Shown: piece after piece, positions 1-11,955 of the stretch
Layout: every line of letters starts with the position of its first letter
Numbering within the stretch: position 1 is the stretch's first letter
Assembly (NCBI GenBank): GCA_024704765.1
Contig: JAKMXF010000320.1
Coordinates: 301,480 to 365,479, forward strand
Direction of reading: 5' to 3'
DNA from: Oopsacas minuta
Taxonomy: Eukaryota; Animalia; Porifera
Length of the DNA: 64,000 bases
The notes under the pieces: model-generated
Seen by the model: the letters and a program-made list of their open reading frames with translations, nothing else
The model's database searches: none
What the model was told of the DNA's origin: nothing
Position numbers and translations under genes: made by a program

Positions 1-36
1 TTTACAACTGGAATTACTACTTGACAATCTTTACTT

Positions 37-522
37 TTGTCTCATATTTACATTCTTCGTATCATAAAAAGTCCCCGACAAATAAAACGTGGTCCAAAGG
101 AAATCTTTCAAAACGATGAGCAGAGGAAGAGAGTTAATCGACTCTATGAATCCTCTCAAATAATAGAAGCTAGACTTAAGAAGCAGCTTAATAACCATCT
201 AGCATATTTAGATAGCGAGAACGCAACTTAGCGGAATGCCCGTCTCAAGCGTCAGTTAGAATATGAAGTAGCTCAGAACGAAAACGAGAGCAATGAGAGA
301 TGCATTGCCCGTCTGAGCTATCGGAGAGGTTATAAATCCACAACAAAAGGTAGATCTAGAAAGAATCTCCTTAATGGCACTATACTTGAAGAGGAAGTAG
401 CATTGACTAAGATCATATTCAAAAAATGTTTCAAATGTCAATATTCAAAAATTAGTCACTCCTTTATTATTCTTCCCCTAGTATTATCTCTTAGCCTGCG
501 AAGTCGCGGCTTGCCAAAGTAG
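37..522 (+). pseudogene. Decayed ORF of unknown origin (basic/charged, one in-frame TAG)
   Basis: ORF 37-231 continues in the same frame after TAG 229-231 (RNARLKRQLEYEVAQNENESNERCIARLSYRRG...) to TAG 520-522. No family recognised. Confidence 0.25.
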
Positions 523-859
523 ATATTTCCCTTTGTTCACCATTCTTTAATAAATGGCTTGTTGATTTGATCTTTCAGATTAACTTGAAAAATTATCACC
601 AATGAAATAACTGACACTCTCAAGTCTTTCAATATTTGATATTAACAACTTCTTTGACTGTTAATATCTTTAATACCAGAAATTTAACAATCCAGAGAAT
701 CAAACTTTCATTGCCTAAGATGATTCATAAATTAAGAAAATTAGAGCAATCTTGTTGGATCGGTATAATGGTGAATTTTTGGGAACTTTTCATACAGAAT
801 TTTTGGCTTTGGGGCCATCCCCCATCTCCGGGCTCCCCAGAAGATTTGAGGATTTGGCC

Positions 860-2640
860 TCCTTGAGAAGACATAATTGAGTTGCAGATAGCTAATGGGG
901 ATACCCTTTTGAAGCAACATGTAGAGCAAGGGCTTTCAAATGCTCAGTCTACATCCAAGTTTTCGTGTGTTTCTCTGATAGAAGTAATTGACACTTGGAT
1001 CGAAAGAAGGCTCGTGTCCAATTTGAAATCGAGTCCATTATTTTCACTTTTGGCTGATGAATGTCAAGATGTGAGCACCCAAGAAGAGCTTTCCATTTGC
1101 GGTAGATGGGTGGCATCTATATATTTTGATAGAATTTTTTGTAAAACTTTGATCAAAATTTCTTATGTCGAACCTTGATCGAATGATGAAGAAGGCAAAT
1201 TTTGATCAAAGTTATACTAAAATGTCTTCAGTCGAACTTTGATCGAAAAAATTTCGTGCTCCACGACACCACAATATTCAGGGTGGCACCCCCTGACCCC
1301 CCATGTAATGCCACAATGCACCGGACTCGACTGATTTCAATCTAGGACGTGCTAGCACTTTACATTTTATTAATTAGAAAGAGTACCATTGGGAGGGGAT
1401 TAGAGATTTATTTCGCTACCTTATGGCCCTGGGAGTATTTATTTGTGTTCGTTATTAGCTACTAAAGGACGGGAGTGTGGAATTTATGCTAACTTTATGA
1501 TAGATGGAGTTTTTTGGATTGATTATTATTAATCTTTGTAAAATGGCGTATCGTTGGATTTTTTTGTTTTATTTTCTCCATTTTCGATCAAAGTTCACAT
1601 TTTCGATCAAGATTCTACAATTTTTCGATCAAAGTTTGACTGGAGACATTTGGGTAGAACTTTGATCAAAATTTGCCTTTTTCATCATTCGAGCATAGTT
1701 CGACATAAGAGAATTTGATCAAAGTTCTACAAAAAAATTCGATAGGTGGTAGATGGACATTCTTAAGAGCATTTCATGACCATACTCATATTCGATCTTT
1801 GGATGCTGAAACCCTTGCTAGTACAATCACTTCCTACGTGGAATCATAATGTTTGAATATCAATAGGCTAATAGGGCAGGATATGATGGGGCAGCTCCGT
1901 TCTCTGGAGGAATACTGGAGTTCAAAGGAGAATGTGTCCCTATCTGGTCATTCATGGTCAATTGCTCCTGTCATCGCCTATAGCTAGCTAGCATTCAGTC
2001 TGATTATGAGATCACAGTTTGTGCTTCTGTTGGTATAGTACGAGGGGCAGTACCTCCCTGACTATCACTAACAGTTTTCGCACAGCAGTCTTGATCCCTT
2101 TTGTCGATAAGTTAATCCAAAACATCCAAGTCGTTTTCCTGATGATGGTTTTGCAGTCGTTATTGCAATGTCAGTCTTCAATATACCTCAAGCAGATGAC
2201 CCTACATTTCGTACTTATGGACAGGAAGAAATCAAGCAATTAGGTGCTTTTTATAGAGAGGAAGCCGAAGTAGAATTTTAAGGTGTCAGTTTTCAGTTCC
2301 CTCCTTTAAATGACGGGGATGCACTTCTTTCTGAGTGACCTGTATTTAGAAGAGCGTTACTTCATGAAAAAGAAGCTTTCATGTTTTGCAATAAGCTACC
2401 AAGAGTCCTACTTTCCAGCAAGTATTCCAAGGAATCAAAAGGCTGACGCATATAATGGTATTTCCCTGAAATTTTCAAGTTGATTAACATTATGTTGACA
2501 TTTCCTGTAGGGACCACCACCGTTGAGAGGTCATTCAGCCAGGTGAACATAATAAAAACAAGGCTCCGCAACAGTCCAGAAATGAAGCTAGTTGACTTTG
2601 ATGAAGTTCTCGACTTATTTAGAGAAAAAATAGGGGTATC
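860..2640 (+). mobile_element. Degenerate hAT transposase, ZMYM1/PRKRIR-like group
   Basis: Motifs FSLLADECQDVSTQEELSICGRWV, GQGYDGAAPFSG (~1875-1910) and the C-terminal dimerisation motif TFPVGTTTVERSFSQVNIIKTRLRN. Multiple frameshifts and stops; split by an insertion at 1114-1744. Confidence 0.85.
1114..1744. mobile_element. Foldback/MITE insertion with ~125-bp inverted arms
   Basis: ~1128-1250 is the reverse complement of ~1621-1744 (built from TTTGATCAAA/TTTGATCGAA units). GGTGG flanks it at 1109-1113 and 1745-1749; removing the insert restores the hAT frame CGRWVVDGH. Confidence 0.85.
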
Positions 2641-2833
2641 AGTCTATAAACTTTGCTCCTGTCATAACAGATCACATAATTAGTATGTATCATCATTGTG
2701 CTGATTTATCTATATCTTGGAGGAAAAATCCCAGGTTCCCTCTTTCCCTCTCCTCTGAATGAAATCTTGCTATTACCGAAATGGAACTTGCTAAAATTAC
2801 GACGTTTATCAAATAGACAAATCAAGTCCGAAT

Positions 2834-3124
2834 TAGAGGCGTAGTCGGGGTGGTGCGCTGTGGTGCGGTTCACCACCTTGGATGATGCGCATCATCTAAC
2901 ATGTTCTGACTAATGTGGGCTGAAATTAGTAAATGGTACTAAATTTTTAATAAATTTAACTTCTGTATGGTTTCAGGTAGTAGTGTTTTAGATTTTGGAC
3001 AATCTATTAAACAATTTATCTCTTTCTTCAGTTACTTGACAAAATTACTTAACAGCTCCCTAAAATTCAACACTACTCGCACCACCACCGCACCACCTTA
3101 ACCAAAGACTTGGTTACGCCACTG
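2834..3124. mobile_element. hAT-type MITE
   Basis: Imperfect TIRs TAGAGGCGTAG / TTACGCCACTG and an exact 8-bp TSD GTCCGAAT (2826-2833, 3125-3132). Confidence 0.85.
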
Positions 3125-3386
3125 GTCCGAATGTATGACATTCTATCATATTTTCTTTCACTACCTCGATAATTGGCTACGTTTGTATAATTTATGACAA
3201 AAATTTAGATTGGTTATAATTGAATGACGATAAATTAATTGACTATCCAATCCTGAGGGATGTGTTGAATAATTATGCGCAGAAATTGCTTTGACTGATG
3301 ACTTGCTTAAGGAAGTATGCTGTCTTTAACGAACTTATAGAATTATCAATGACTTCTTATTTAGCCGTAGACAAGCGTTGGGGTAT

Positions 3387-3533
3387 CAGGGCCGGCGCCG
3401 CATATTAAAGCTTCGGGTGTCCATGATAATGGATAGTTAGTGTCTAAACAACCTTTACCATAGAGGATAATGTAAAGGTATTTCGTGACAGTGGGTGTAT
3501 GGCACCCAGAACACCCACAGTGACGCCGCCCTG
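3387..3533. mobile_element. Short hAT-like MITE
   Basis: Ends CAGGGCCGGCGCC / GACGCCGCCCTG; no clean TSD found. Confidence 0.45.
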
Positions 3534-3656
3534 GGTACATTACACGAAATAGCTTTCCCTGTAATAAGGAAATTATTATCTCCTATTTTTGATATCCCTG
3601 CATCTAATGCAGTGTGTGAACGAGTGTTCAGTTTATCAATGGTACATATATACTAG

Positions 3657-4262
3657 TTAATCTTCGATCAAGGTTAACTTGCCCATGATGTAATGCCACT
3701 GTTTAGCTACTGGGCTCAGAGGGACACCCTGTACTCTGTTTGGCCACTCCTCTAATCCAGCATAAGCTACCATTAGACGCAGGTAGTTAGTGAAGTTTTT
3801 TGTTAAGAACTCCATCTTCCCTCCGTGTCTAAGTAGAACGATAATTGGTTCCTCCCATATAGATTTTTCATCAATTTCCATACCAACTCTATCCTTGTAC
3901 AAGAGACATATGCTACCTACTGAAGGATTCTCATCTATTCTGATTATCTTGACAGGTAGATTAGAAAGCAAAAGTTGTTTTGTAATATGATTTATTTCTA
4001 TCATCACCATTTCCTTTAGCTCGCATATTGCCACTCTTCCTACCCGATATATGTTTGTACCTACCTTTATTGACCAAGTGAGTAACATTCCATTCTGGGT
4101 GAGGTAATACTCCTTAAGGTCAGTAGGCAAGAACACACAATGCTTGTACTCCCAAGATGACAGCTCGTTCTCTAACACTGGAGTTTGTGTTTTTATGTCT
4201 ATATCACAAACTTGGGGGTGTGAGTCAAGGGAATGCACCATACTTGAGAGTAATGTATCCAT
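3657..4262 (-). CDS. TPGS2: Tubulin polyglutamylase complex subunit 2
   Basis: The 201-aa ORF matches recalled TPGS2 features: SSWEYKHCVFLPTDLKEYYLTQNGMLLTWSIK, GSICLLY, FLTKNFTNYLRLMVAYAGLEEW, LSPVAKQW. Single uninterrupted ORF. Confidence 0.85.
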   Translation of the reverse strand: MDTLLSSMVHSLDSHPQVCDIDIKTQTPVLENELSSWEYKHCVFLPTDLKEYYLTQNGMLLTWSIKVGTNIYRVGRVAICELKEMVMIEINHITKQLLLSNLPVKIIRIDENPSVGSICLLYKDRVGMEIDEKSIWEEPIIVLLRHGGKMEFLTKNFTNYLRLMVAYAGLEEWPNRVQGVPLSPVAKQWHYIMGKLTLIED

Positions 4263-4376
4263 TCTAGTATTATCAATAAAGTATGGATTGAATTAAAACG
4301 CTCTGAGACAGCTTAGTGCCTCAGGTTAGCTTAAGTATTCAACAGATAAATTTCTTGGTTCGATTCGTAAGTAGTA

Positions 4377-5130
4377 CAAGGGTTGTTCAATAAATAAGGA
4401 GGCTTTTTTTTCATTATTTATATAGTAAACCTATACTTATCATAATTGATTATCAAATGTTTCGATAAATTCCCCCTTTAACTTTATTCATCGTTTCCAT
4501 CGTTCTGGTAACTTTTCCAGCCCAGTGGTATAGTATTCTTTAGGGATCCCTTTTTCCCACTGTTGTATTTCGTACTCCAGCCGTTTGAAATCCTCAAATC
4601 TCTTCCCTCGAAGGGGTCTCTTCATCTCTCCAAACAGCCAGTAGTCGCTGGGAGCCAGGTCTGGACTATACGGGGGATGAGGGAGGCATTCGAATCCTAA
4701 GTCGTCAATTGCAGCCATTGTCTTGGAGCTTACATGGGGACTTGCGTTGTCATGTTTCAGCAATACGCCACGTGTCAACTTGCCTCGCCTCTCACGTTTA
4801 ATCGCATGATGCAATTCTTTCAATTCGTCAAGGTAATAATCACTGTTTATGGTGATCTTCTCAGGCAACCAGTCGAGGTGTATAATTCCTTCCCTATCCC
4901 AAAATAAGGTTGCCATTCTCTTCCCTGCTGATTTTGCGGCCTCTACCTTGATGGGTACAGGTTCATCACGTCTCTTCCACTGCTTCGATTGAGTTTTGCT
5001 CTCTAGTTTCTAATAATGAAACCAAGTTTCATCCCCCTTTACTATACGATCCAAAAAGTCTTCCTCTGAGCTGTATTAGCTAGAATATGAAATCGATATA
5101 TTAGTCTCATTACTTATTGAACAACCCTTG
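4377..5130 (-). mobile_element. Internally deleted mariner (DD34D) element
   Basis: TIRs CAAGGGTTGTTCAATAA at both ends with TA flanks. Catalytic remnants GDETW, HDNASPH and HPPYSPDLAPSD (34 residues between the last two Asp). The N-terminal DNA-binding region is missing. Confidence 0.93.
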
Positions 5131-6089
5131 TATAATCGATTCTGAGAAGATTAGTAACGTATGAAGTTATGTAAATGGCGGATAGATATATTGATATATT
5201 CTTTAGTCCATAAATACCAGAAGTGTGAATCAATAATTAACATAATATTGCTTATTGTCATATTACTCATGTAAGAAAAAAGGAAGTCGAATAATTATTG
5301 AAAGTTGAAACCATTGTAGATAAATCTATACAGTTGAGGAAGTACTTGTAAATTTCGACAAAAGAACACAAATTAGAATAATTCTAACAAGTGAAGGTTA
5401 CCACGAAACCAGAGTTGTAATTAAGCCATTTAGTTGTTTTCTAAAAACAAAAGAAAATAAAATATTTGAAAATTTCAAATCATTTTTCAAATCAATTACG
5501 AATCACTTTTAATTCATGTTCAAATTTTGTTCAATTTTACAAATTTGGTGTCCAACTTCTCAATATTGTCCCTTTAGATGCATGTTTACTCCAACTAAAT
5601 TTCATTAGAATCGGAGTTCATTAAGGGTAGAGCAATCTACGGTAATACTATGTGGACTGCCATGGAAAATTTTGGAATTTTCATGGTCTGCGCAATTTAG
5701 TAGAAAACACAATGTCGAATATGGCAAATAACCGAATCGAGTACTCTAAGGGTGGTTTCATGTGTGAAGACAATACATTTTCACTGCTAAAATTGAATGT
5801 AGATACAACTCGGTTATAAAGTAATTTGTTTCTCTCCCTTGAGGGAACGTTATATCCGAGTTCTACTGTGCGTATATATATACACACACACACAATGTAG
5901 TGTCCGAATAACGAACACGTTTGGACATTGTATCTATCCGTGTAGAGAATTGTCCGCTCCTCAGAGACTGCTTAAGTAGTAATTACATGCTAGACAAATT
6001 CAAAACGTGCCACAAGGTTTGTCCGTTGTAGGGGGTTGTCCGCTTCTTGGAGAGTCCGTTTTCGAAACTCTACTGTATATGTTTGTATG

Positions 6090-6691
6090 TCCAGAATTGA
6101 TTGAAGAAACTCGAGGACCAACCCAGGGCTGATTTTTGGCATACAAGGGTATTTTGGGTCTGGCTCGGACATGTTGAGTCTTCCAACGAAAATTCACACA
6201 TGACGAAATTATGACTTCTTTGTCACCTTTTTGGATTTTCGAAAAACTGCACAGGCACTATACATGATAGAAATTGAAATTTGAATCACAGTTACTCCTT
6301 TCTATGCCAAATTTCCTGAAGTCATGATTTAGACCAAATACAAACTCATCATGGAATGATTACGTCATCATGATTATACAAAAATTCGAAATTGTTCAAA
6401 TGTCGATCTATTCTAGAAATTCTAAATACCTGAGGCATAAAGGCCCAGATTACTAACCAAAAGCGACATAGCATCTCCAATGTCACCACAGGAGGCCACG
6501 GTATGTAATTTGGATGGACAATGGATAATAAAATCTTAAATTTTCTGCTATATTATAAACTCGAGGCACGAAGTGCCGAGTTTATCCAGCCACGTAGCCA
6601 CCAAAAGCACTAAGAAATATATGTTTAATACTTAAGCTAACCTGCAGCACTAAGCTCTCGCGGAGTGACATAACAAGCGAAGCCGCGCTAG
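6090..6691 (+). mobile_element. Non-autonomous Helitron-like repeat (dispersed family)
   Basis: Ends ...AAGCGAAGCCGCG-CTAG|T and carries an internal GGCAC-GAA-GTGCC hairpin. Shares sequence with 31200-31981, 32240-32640, 62601-62857 and an inverted fragment near 59995-60040. Confidence 0.5.
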
Positions 6692-7170
6692 TACAGATCA
6701 ATCGCCTTTAGTATAGATAATTAACAAAAGGAAATCAGCTAATAAGCATACTAAAGTCAATTAGTGTATTTACAATTTACAAGGAATATTGTTGCAAAAA
6801 ATTACCCAATGAAATTCAAGTTTTCAATAGACTACTACTTTTGCCATCGTAAGGAAACGTATCTAACTGTATCTTTAGTAGGCTTTGGATCAGTATAAAA
6901 AGAACACTAATTATCACTCAATTTTGGGGATGGCGCCATTCCAGGCTCTATTCAACATTAAACCTCCAATAGGATTATCTGAACTAGGAATCCCAGATGA
7001 AGCAGCGCACACTATTGTGTTTCGAAGATGACTTGAGGAGAGTGAGTGCCGATATTATTTGTGCACAAGATGAGGCTCCCGCAGAACTATATTTCTCTGA
7101 GTTTGAGGACGGATATCAACCTAATTTATTACATCCATTCCCAGAAGTATATAATCCCTACAACATCGAT

Positions 7171-7829
7171 GGTAACGGAACTTTCGTCCCAGGAAATTTC
7201 GTATCCGGAAATTTGGTCTCTTGGAATTTTCGTATCCAGAATTTTCGTACTCGGAATTTTGCATCCTTTAGCGGTTTTAGCAATGTTTATTTGTTTTATA
7301 GAAAAAAAGAAGATGGATAATGTTTCAAAAGATCGATATAAAGGTAGCAAGGTTGCAAAAAGGTGGTAGAAAGGGCGGGATTTATAAGATATGACGGGAT
7401 CATCAAGGGATATTTATTAGATTAGCTAGCTAAAAGGTTATATAAAGGGTTGATCGGGGATTTAATGCTAGAGTAGATTCTGATGAATGTTTTGTTTTGA
7501 TTTGCTATATGATGGTCTGGGGTGGGAGATATGTGTTAGCATAAGGGAAAAGATGATGGCTAGGTTTCGAACGGTCATTATTGTTGCTAAAGTCGACTGT
7601 AAGGTGTGTTATGTTTGGGAAATTGGGACCAGGAATTTTTTTCGAATTTTTAGCGGAATAAGTAGTGTTTCTTTGTTTTATAGAAAATGAAGATGGATAT
7701 CTATAGTGTTGCAAAAGATGGATATAATATGTAGAAAGGTACGAAAATTCCAGATACGAGATTTCCAAGAGACCATATTTCCGAGACCAAGTTTCCGGAT
7801 ACTAAATTTCCTGAGACGAAAGTTCCGCC
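7171..7829. mobile_element. Non-autonomous MULE-like MITE
   Basis: Inverted ends CGGAACTTTCGTCCCAGGAAATTTCGTATCCGGAAATTTGGTCTC / GAGACCAAGTTTCCGGATACTAAATTTCCTGAGACGAAAGTTCCG. The GAAATTTCGTCC unit also occurs at the ends of the MULE at 17750-19644. No TSD found. Confidence 0.65.
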
Positions 7830-8309
7830 ATTCATATTATCCCATTGAAAATTGAGATTCAACTTACAAAATAATTTGGTTTAATGTTCCAAATTAGGGA
7901 GGGGGGGGCTAATTTTGAAAAATTTTCGGGTGCTGAATCTCTCATTTGGGGGACTAAAGCCCCAAAGTCCCCTTGGCCTCGCACCTGTCTGCTTAAAATT
8001 CAGTATCCTTTCTATAAAAAGTGGATGCTGGGACACCTTAGTATAGTTCACAATTTATTAAAATGGTTTGACGGTGCACATTTAGCAATTTCCAGAATGT
8101 ACAATGGTTAAATTCAATCCTGATTGCTTAAAATACAAATTTAATGTAAAGCTGAAATAATGAAAAGGAGCGCGGTCCATTTTCCTGGAGTGGGAGCCGC
8201 AGTCCTTTCTCAGTAGCGAGCGGTTGCGGGAGCGTTTAATGCTCTGAGTTACTGCAACTTATATTGACTCTTGACAGAGTTCCCAAACCCTATTAATAAC
8301 ACAGGCCTA

Positions 8310-10442
8310 CACTTTTAGTTGTATTGATTTTGTCAACTGATATATACTAATTGTGTGTTGCTGATTCCGATTATTTAGTCAGTTTCTCCCTAATACGTCA
8401 AGTTACCTCACAATCCTATTACTACATTTATAGAACAAAATTGGTTTCAACCCTTATACGTTAGATTGGATCTATTAAATTTCTGAAAATATCAATATTT
8501 CATTCACTAAGAATAATGATATAATTGTTACTAATATGAATGGAAGAAAGTGATACTATAAACATGTAATATGAGCACTATTCAATCTAAAAATTTCTCT
8601 TGTTTGACTTTCTTGAACGTTGTTCGTTAGGACAATCTCTTTTTAGGCACCAACAGTAATCTGCCATCATATGTGTGTCCCATCTTCCTTGATATCGCTG
8701 TTCCATCACTTTTATGTCTTGATGGAATCGTTCACCTTGTTCTTCACTCATATCACCTAGATTATCCGGAAATCTATCAAGATGGTCTCTCAAATAATGA
8801 ATTTTAATACTCATATTACAGCCAAGAGCATGATAGCTGTCGACTAACTCTGTGACTAGTTCTTTGTAGTTGGATGCCTTTTTATTACCAAGGAAATTAG
8901 AAACGACATTAGAGAAGCCTGCCACGCTCTCTTCTCTTCCTCGTTCATTGAATCTTTGAAGCTGTTATCTCTAAGTAACTTGCGAATCTGTGGACCTTTA
9001 AATATCCCTGCCTTTTTCTTCTCTTCACTGATTTATGGAAATAATTTCGGATATACTTGAAACAATATCTGTCTTTATCCAGTGCTTTGATGAATTGCTT
9101 CATTAAACCAAGCTTAAAGTGGAGAGGAGGTAGAATTATTTTATTTATATGTACCAGAGAGTTATACTGTCTCAATAACAAAGAAAATAGGGATACTTAG
9201 TGAACCCAGATTGTTGTCCTAATAGAAAGTTGACCATTTTGAGATCAACACAGATGACCCAATCATGTGCAGAGTAGTTAATAATCTCTCTAATATCTCT
9301 TTCACATTATGTACTCCTCTTTGAGTTTAACTGAATATCCTATAGGAATTGAACCGAATATATTTCCATTATGGAGTAGTACACATTTCAGACTCCTTTT
9401 GAAGCTGTTAATAAACAGCCTCCAGTCACTTGGATTGTAGTTCGGAACTCCCATTGCCAGTAGAAGACCCTCAACATTTGGACAAAACACCAAACCATTC
9501 TTTTCGCAGAAATACTGTTGAAACTCTTGCTCCCTGTAACGATATAATGTTACCTTTGTTCCTTGATGGAATAGATTCTTTTCTTTCAATCTAGTTGCAA
9601 GCAACTCAGAAGATTCTTTCGAGAGGTCAAGGTCACGAATTAAATCATTCAATTCCGCTTGGTTAAAGAGAGAAGGCTCCGAGGAAGGACCTCGAAAATC
9701 AACATCATATTCACAGTCATGATCATTGACTTCTGCAGAATTGGCACCATCTTCATCATCATGAGTCCGAGAAACTCTGTGAATATTGGTACAGGTAGAT
9801 CACTACAATGAGGGACTGGTCGAATAGCAGATTCTAAATTTGGGTAATTCAGCAGGTGTCTGTCACTCTTTTTGCAGCCCATAACATTTACCATGCAGAA
9901 ATACCAATCATCGAAATGACTTTTTGATTCTCTCCAAATCATAGGAATTCCGAAAGGGAGGTGTTTCTCTTTACCCTTACTCCAAGACCTCAATAATTCT
10001 ACACAAGATTTACAGACCTTATGAGGTGCCCAACTTTTGTCCTGGTCGCCCAGCTTAACTTTGAAATACGCATGGTAAGCTCTATTCACAAATTCAGTAA
10101 TATTCTGCATCTGAGGTTTCGGAGTATAGTAACCACAAATATAACAAAAAATGTCTGGAGAATTGAAACACTTTCTTTTCGACATATCAACAAAATAGAA
10201 TAACAGACTAGTTAAAAACCAATAAGCAAATAAGACTATTTGAATATATATACTATGTACATAATGTTATTGTTGTAATATGTAATCATGATGAATTTTT
10301 GGCAAATGTCGAAATTTTTCTGAAAATGTAGTTATATGGTTGTGAAAAAACCTGACGTGATAGGAAAAAACTGAATAGATATTCAGAATCAGCGCACCTA
10401 AATTAGTCTAAATCAGTGATCAAAATATAAACAGCTGCAGTA
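8310..10442 (-). mobile_element. Chapaev3-like DNA transposon, frameshifted transposase (~10185-8587)
   Basis: Motifs FCYICG, LGDQDKSWAPHKVC, FGIPMIWRE..H.DD.YFC, LKCVLLHN, LHFKLGLMKQF, MSIKIHYL, SEEQGERFHQDIKVME, MMADYCW. Imperfect ~90-bp TIRs, the left one starting CAC. Confidence 0.8.
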
Positions 10443-10469
10443 TAACATTTTTTAATGCCAATAGAACCA

Positions 10470-10905
10470 GAGCCTACGCACCTTTTCATTGACCAAATTT
10501 TCATGTACCATGGGTTACTTCAAGTCGATTATATTTGACTTACAATTCTATTTTTATTGATAAATCAAAATCGGTGCATTTAAGCTCGAATAAATGTATA
10601 ATTGATGGTTAATAAATTATGGAAGCCATATTATCCAACTATTACCAGTTTGTAATGACATCATCTGTTTGGTTAGAAGGGAAAATGTTGTTAAAAGTGT
10701 ACCATTTTTAACAACATTTTTCAATTCCAACCAAATAATATGGCTTCCGTAATTAATTAACCATCAATTATACATTTATTCGAGCTTAAATGCACCGATT
10801 TTGTTTTATCAATAAAATAGAATTGTAAGTCAAATTTAATAAACTTGAAGTAATCCATGGTACATGAAATTTTAGACAGCGAATAGGCTATAGTTACGTA
10901 GGCTG
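10470..10905. mobile_element. Foldback/MITE with ~150-bp inverted arms
   Basis: 10495-10640 is inverted relative to 10740-10873; internal hairpin AAAATGTTGTTAAAA...TTTTAACAACATTTT near 10682-10720. Confidence 0.75.
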
Positions 10906-11204
10906 TGAGTCTATTAAATATGGGAACGCATGCATTTGTCCAAATTCGTATGTATGCATTAGTCAAAATTTCATATGGTTGCGTAGGTACAAATATCAAA
11001 ATCGGTATTAGTCCAAATTTTTGTTGATCGAATGCAGGTATACACGGGAAATTTCGTCGCAAGGAAATATAGTCATTTACTTTGGTTGATTTGAATCTAA
11101 ATACTCTCTGCAACTCACAGCCTGCTCCAGATCCAACTCACGCAAACATCACCAAATTTTGGACTAACACAAACATATGAAATTTGGACTAACGAGGCAA
11201 CCCC

Positions 11205-11955
11205 TAAATTTGGTAGGAAATTTTAATATTTCTCGATAAAATCGAATTGGTACATTTTGGCTCGAATAAACGTAGTATTGATTGATAATAATCAACACAA
11301 GTAATGTGATCCAACTATTCCCAATTTGAATGACATCATCTGTTCGGGTGAAAGGGTAATATATTGTTAAAATATCCCAATTTTATAGTACTGATAAACG
11401 ATTACTAGTGCGTCTTTGATTTCAGGATTAATATACGCGATCTGACGATGTTTGTACATAAATTAAAATTACATTTTGATAAGATATCTCTAAACACTAT
11501 TGTGTAAATCTTGATAATGACCAAATATGGGCACACCGGTTAGAGAAATCGTATCAAAAGGAATTACAAGGGTTAGAGAAGTTGGTATTGTAGTAAATAT
11601 TGGCTGGACTGATTCACAATCTAGTTATAAGTGAATATTGGCCAAAAATGTGCCATCTATGGTATCTAGTATAACTCAATAACGTGACAACTTTATAATC
11701 ACAAAAATTGAAATTTTATGTATAAACATCTTCAGATCACTTGATATTACTCCTGAAATCAAAGACACTAGTGATCGTTTATCAGCGCTTTAAAATGGGG
11801 AGATTTTAACAACATATCATCCTTTTACCCAAACAGATTAAGTCATTTTAAACTGGAATAGTTGGATTACATGACTTGTGTTGATTATTATCTATCAATA
11901 AAACATTTATTCGAGCCAATTCGATATTATCGAGAATATCTACCTACCAAATTTA
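11205..11955. mobile_element. Foldback/MITE with >200-bp inverted arms, related to 10470-10905
   Basis: 11205-11430 is inverted relative to 11745-11955. Shares CTCGAATAAA...ATCCAACTATT...AATGACATCATCTGTT with the previous element. Confidence 0.75.
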
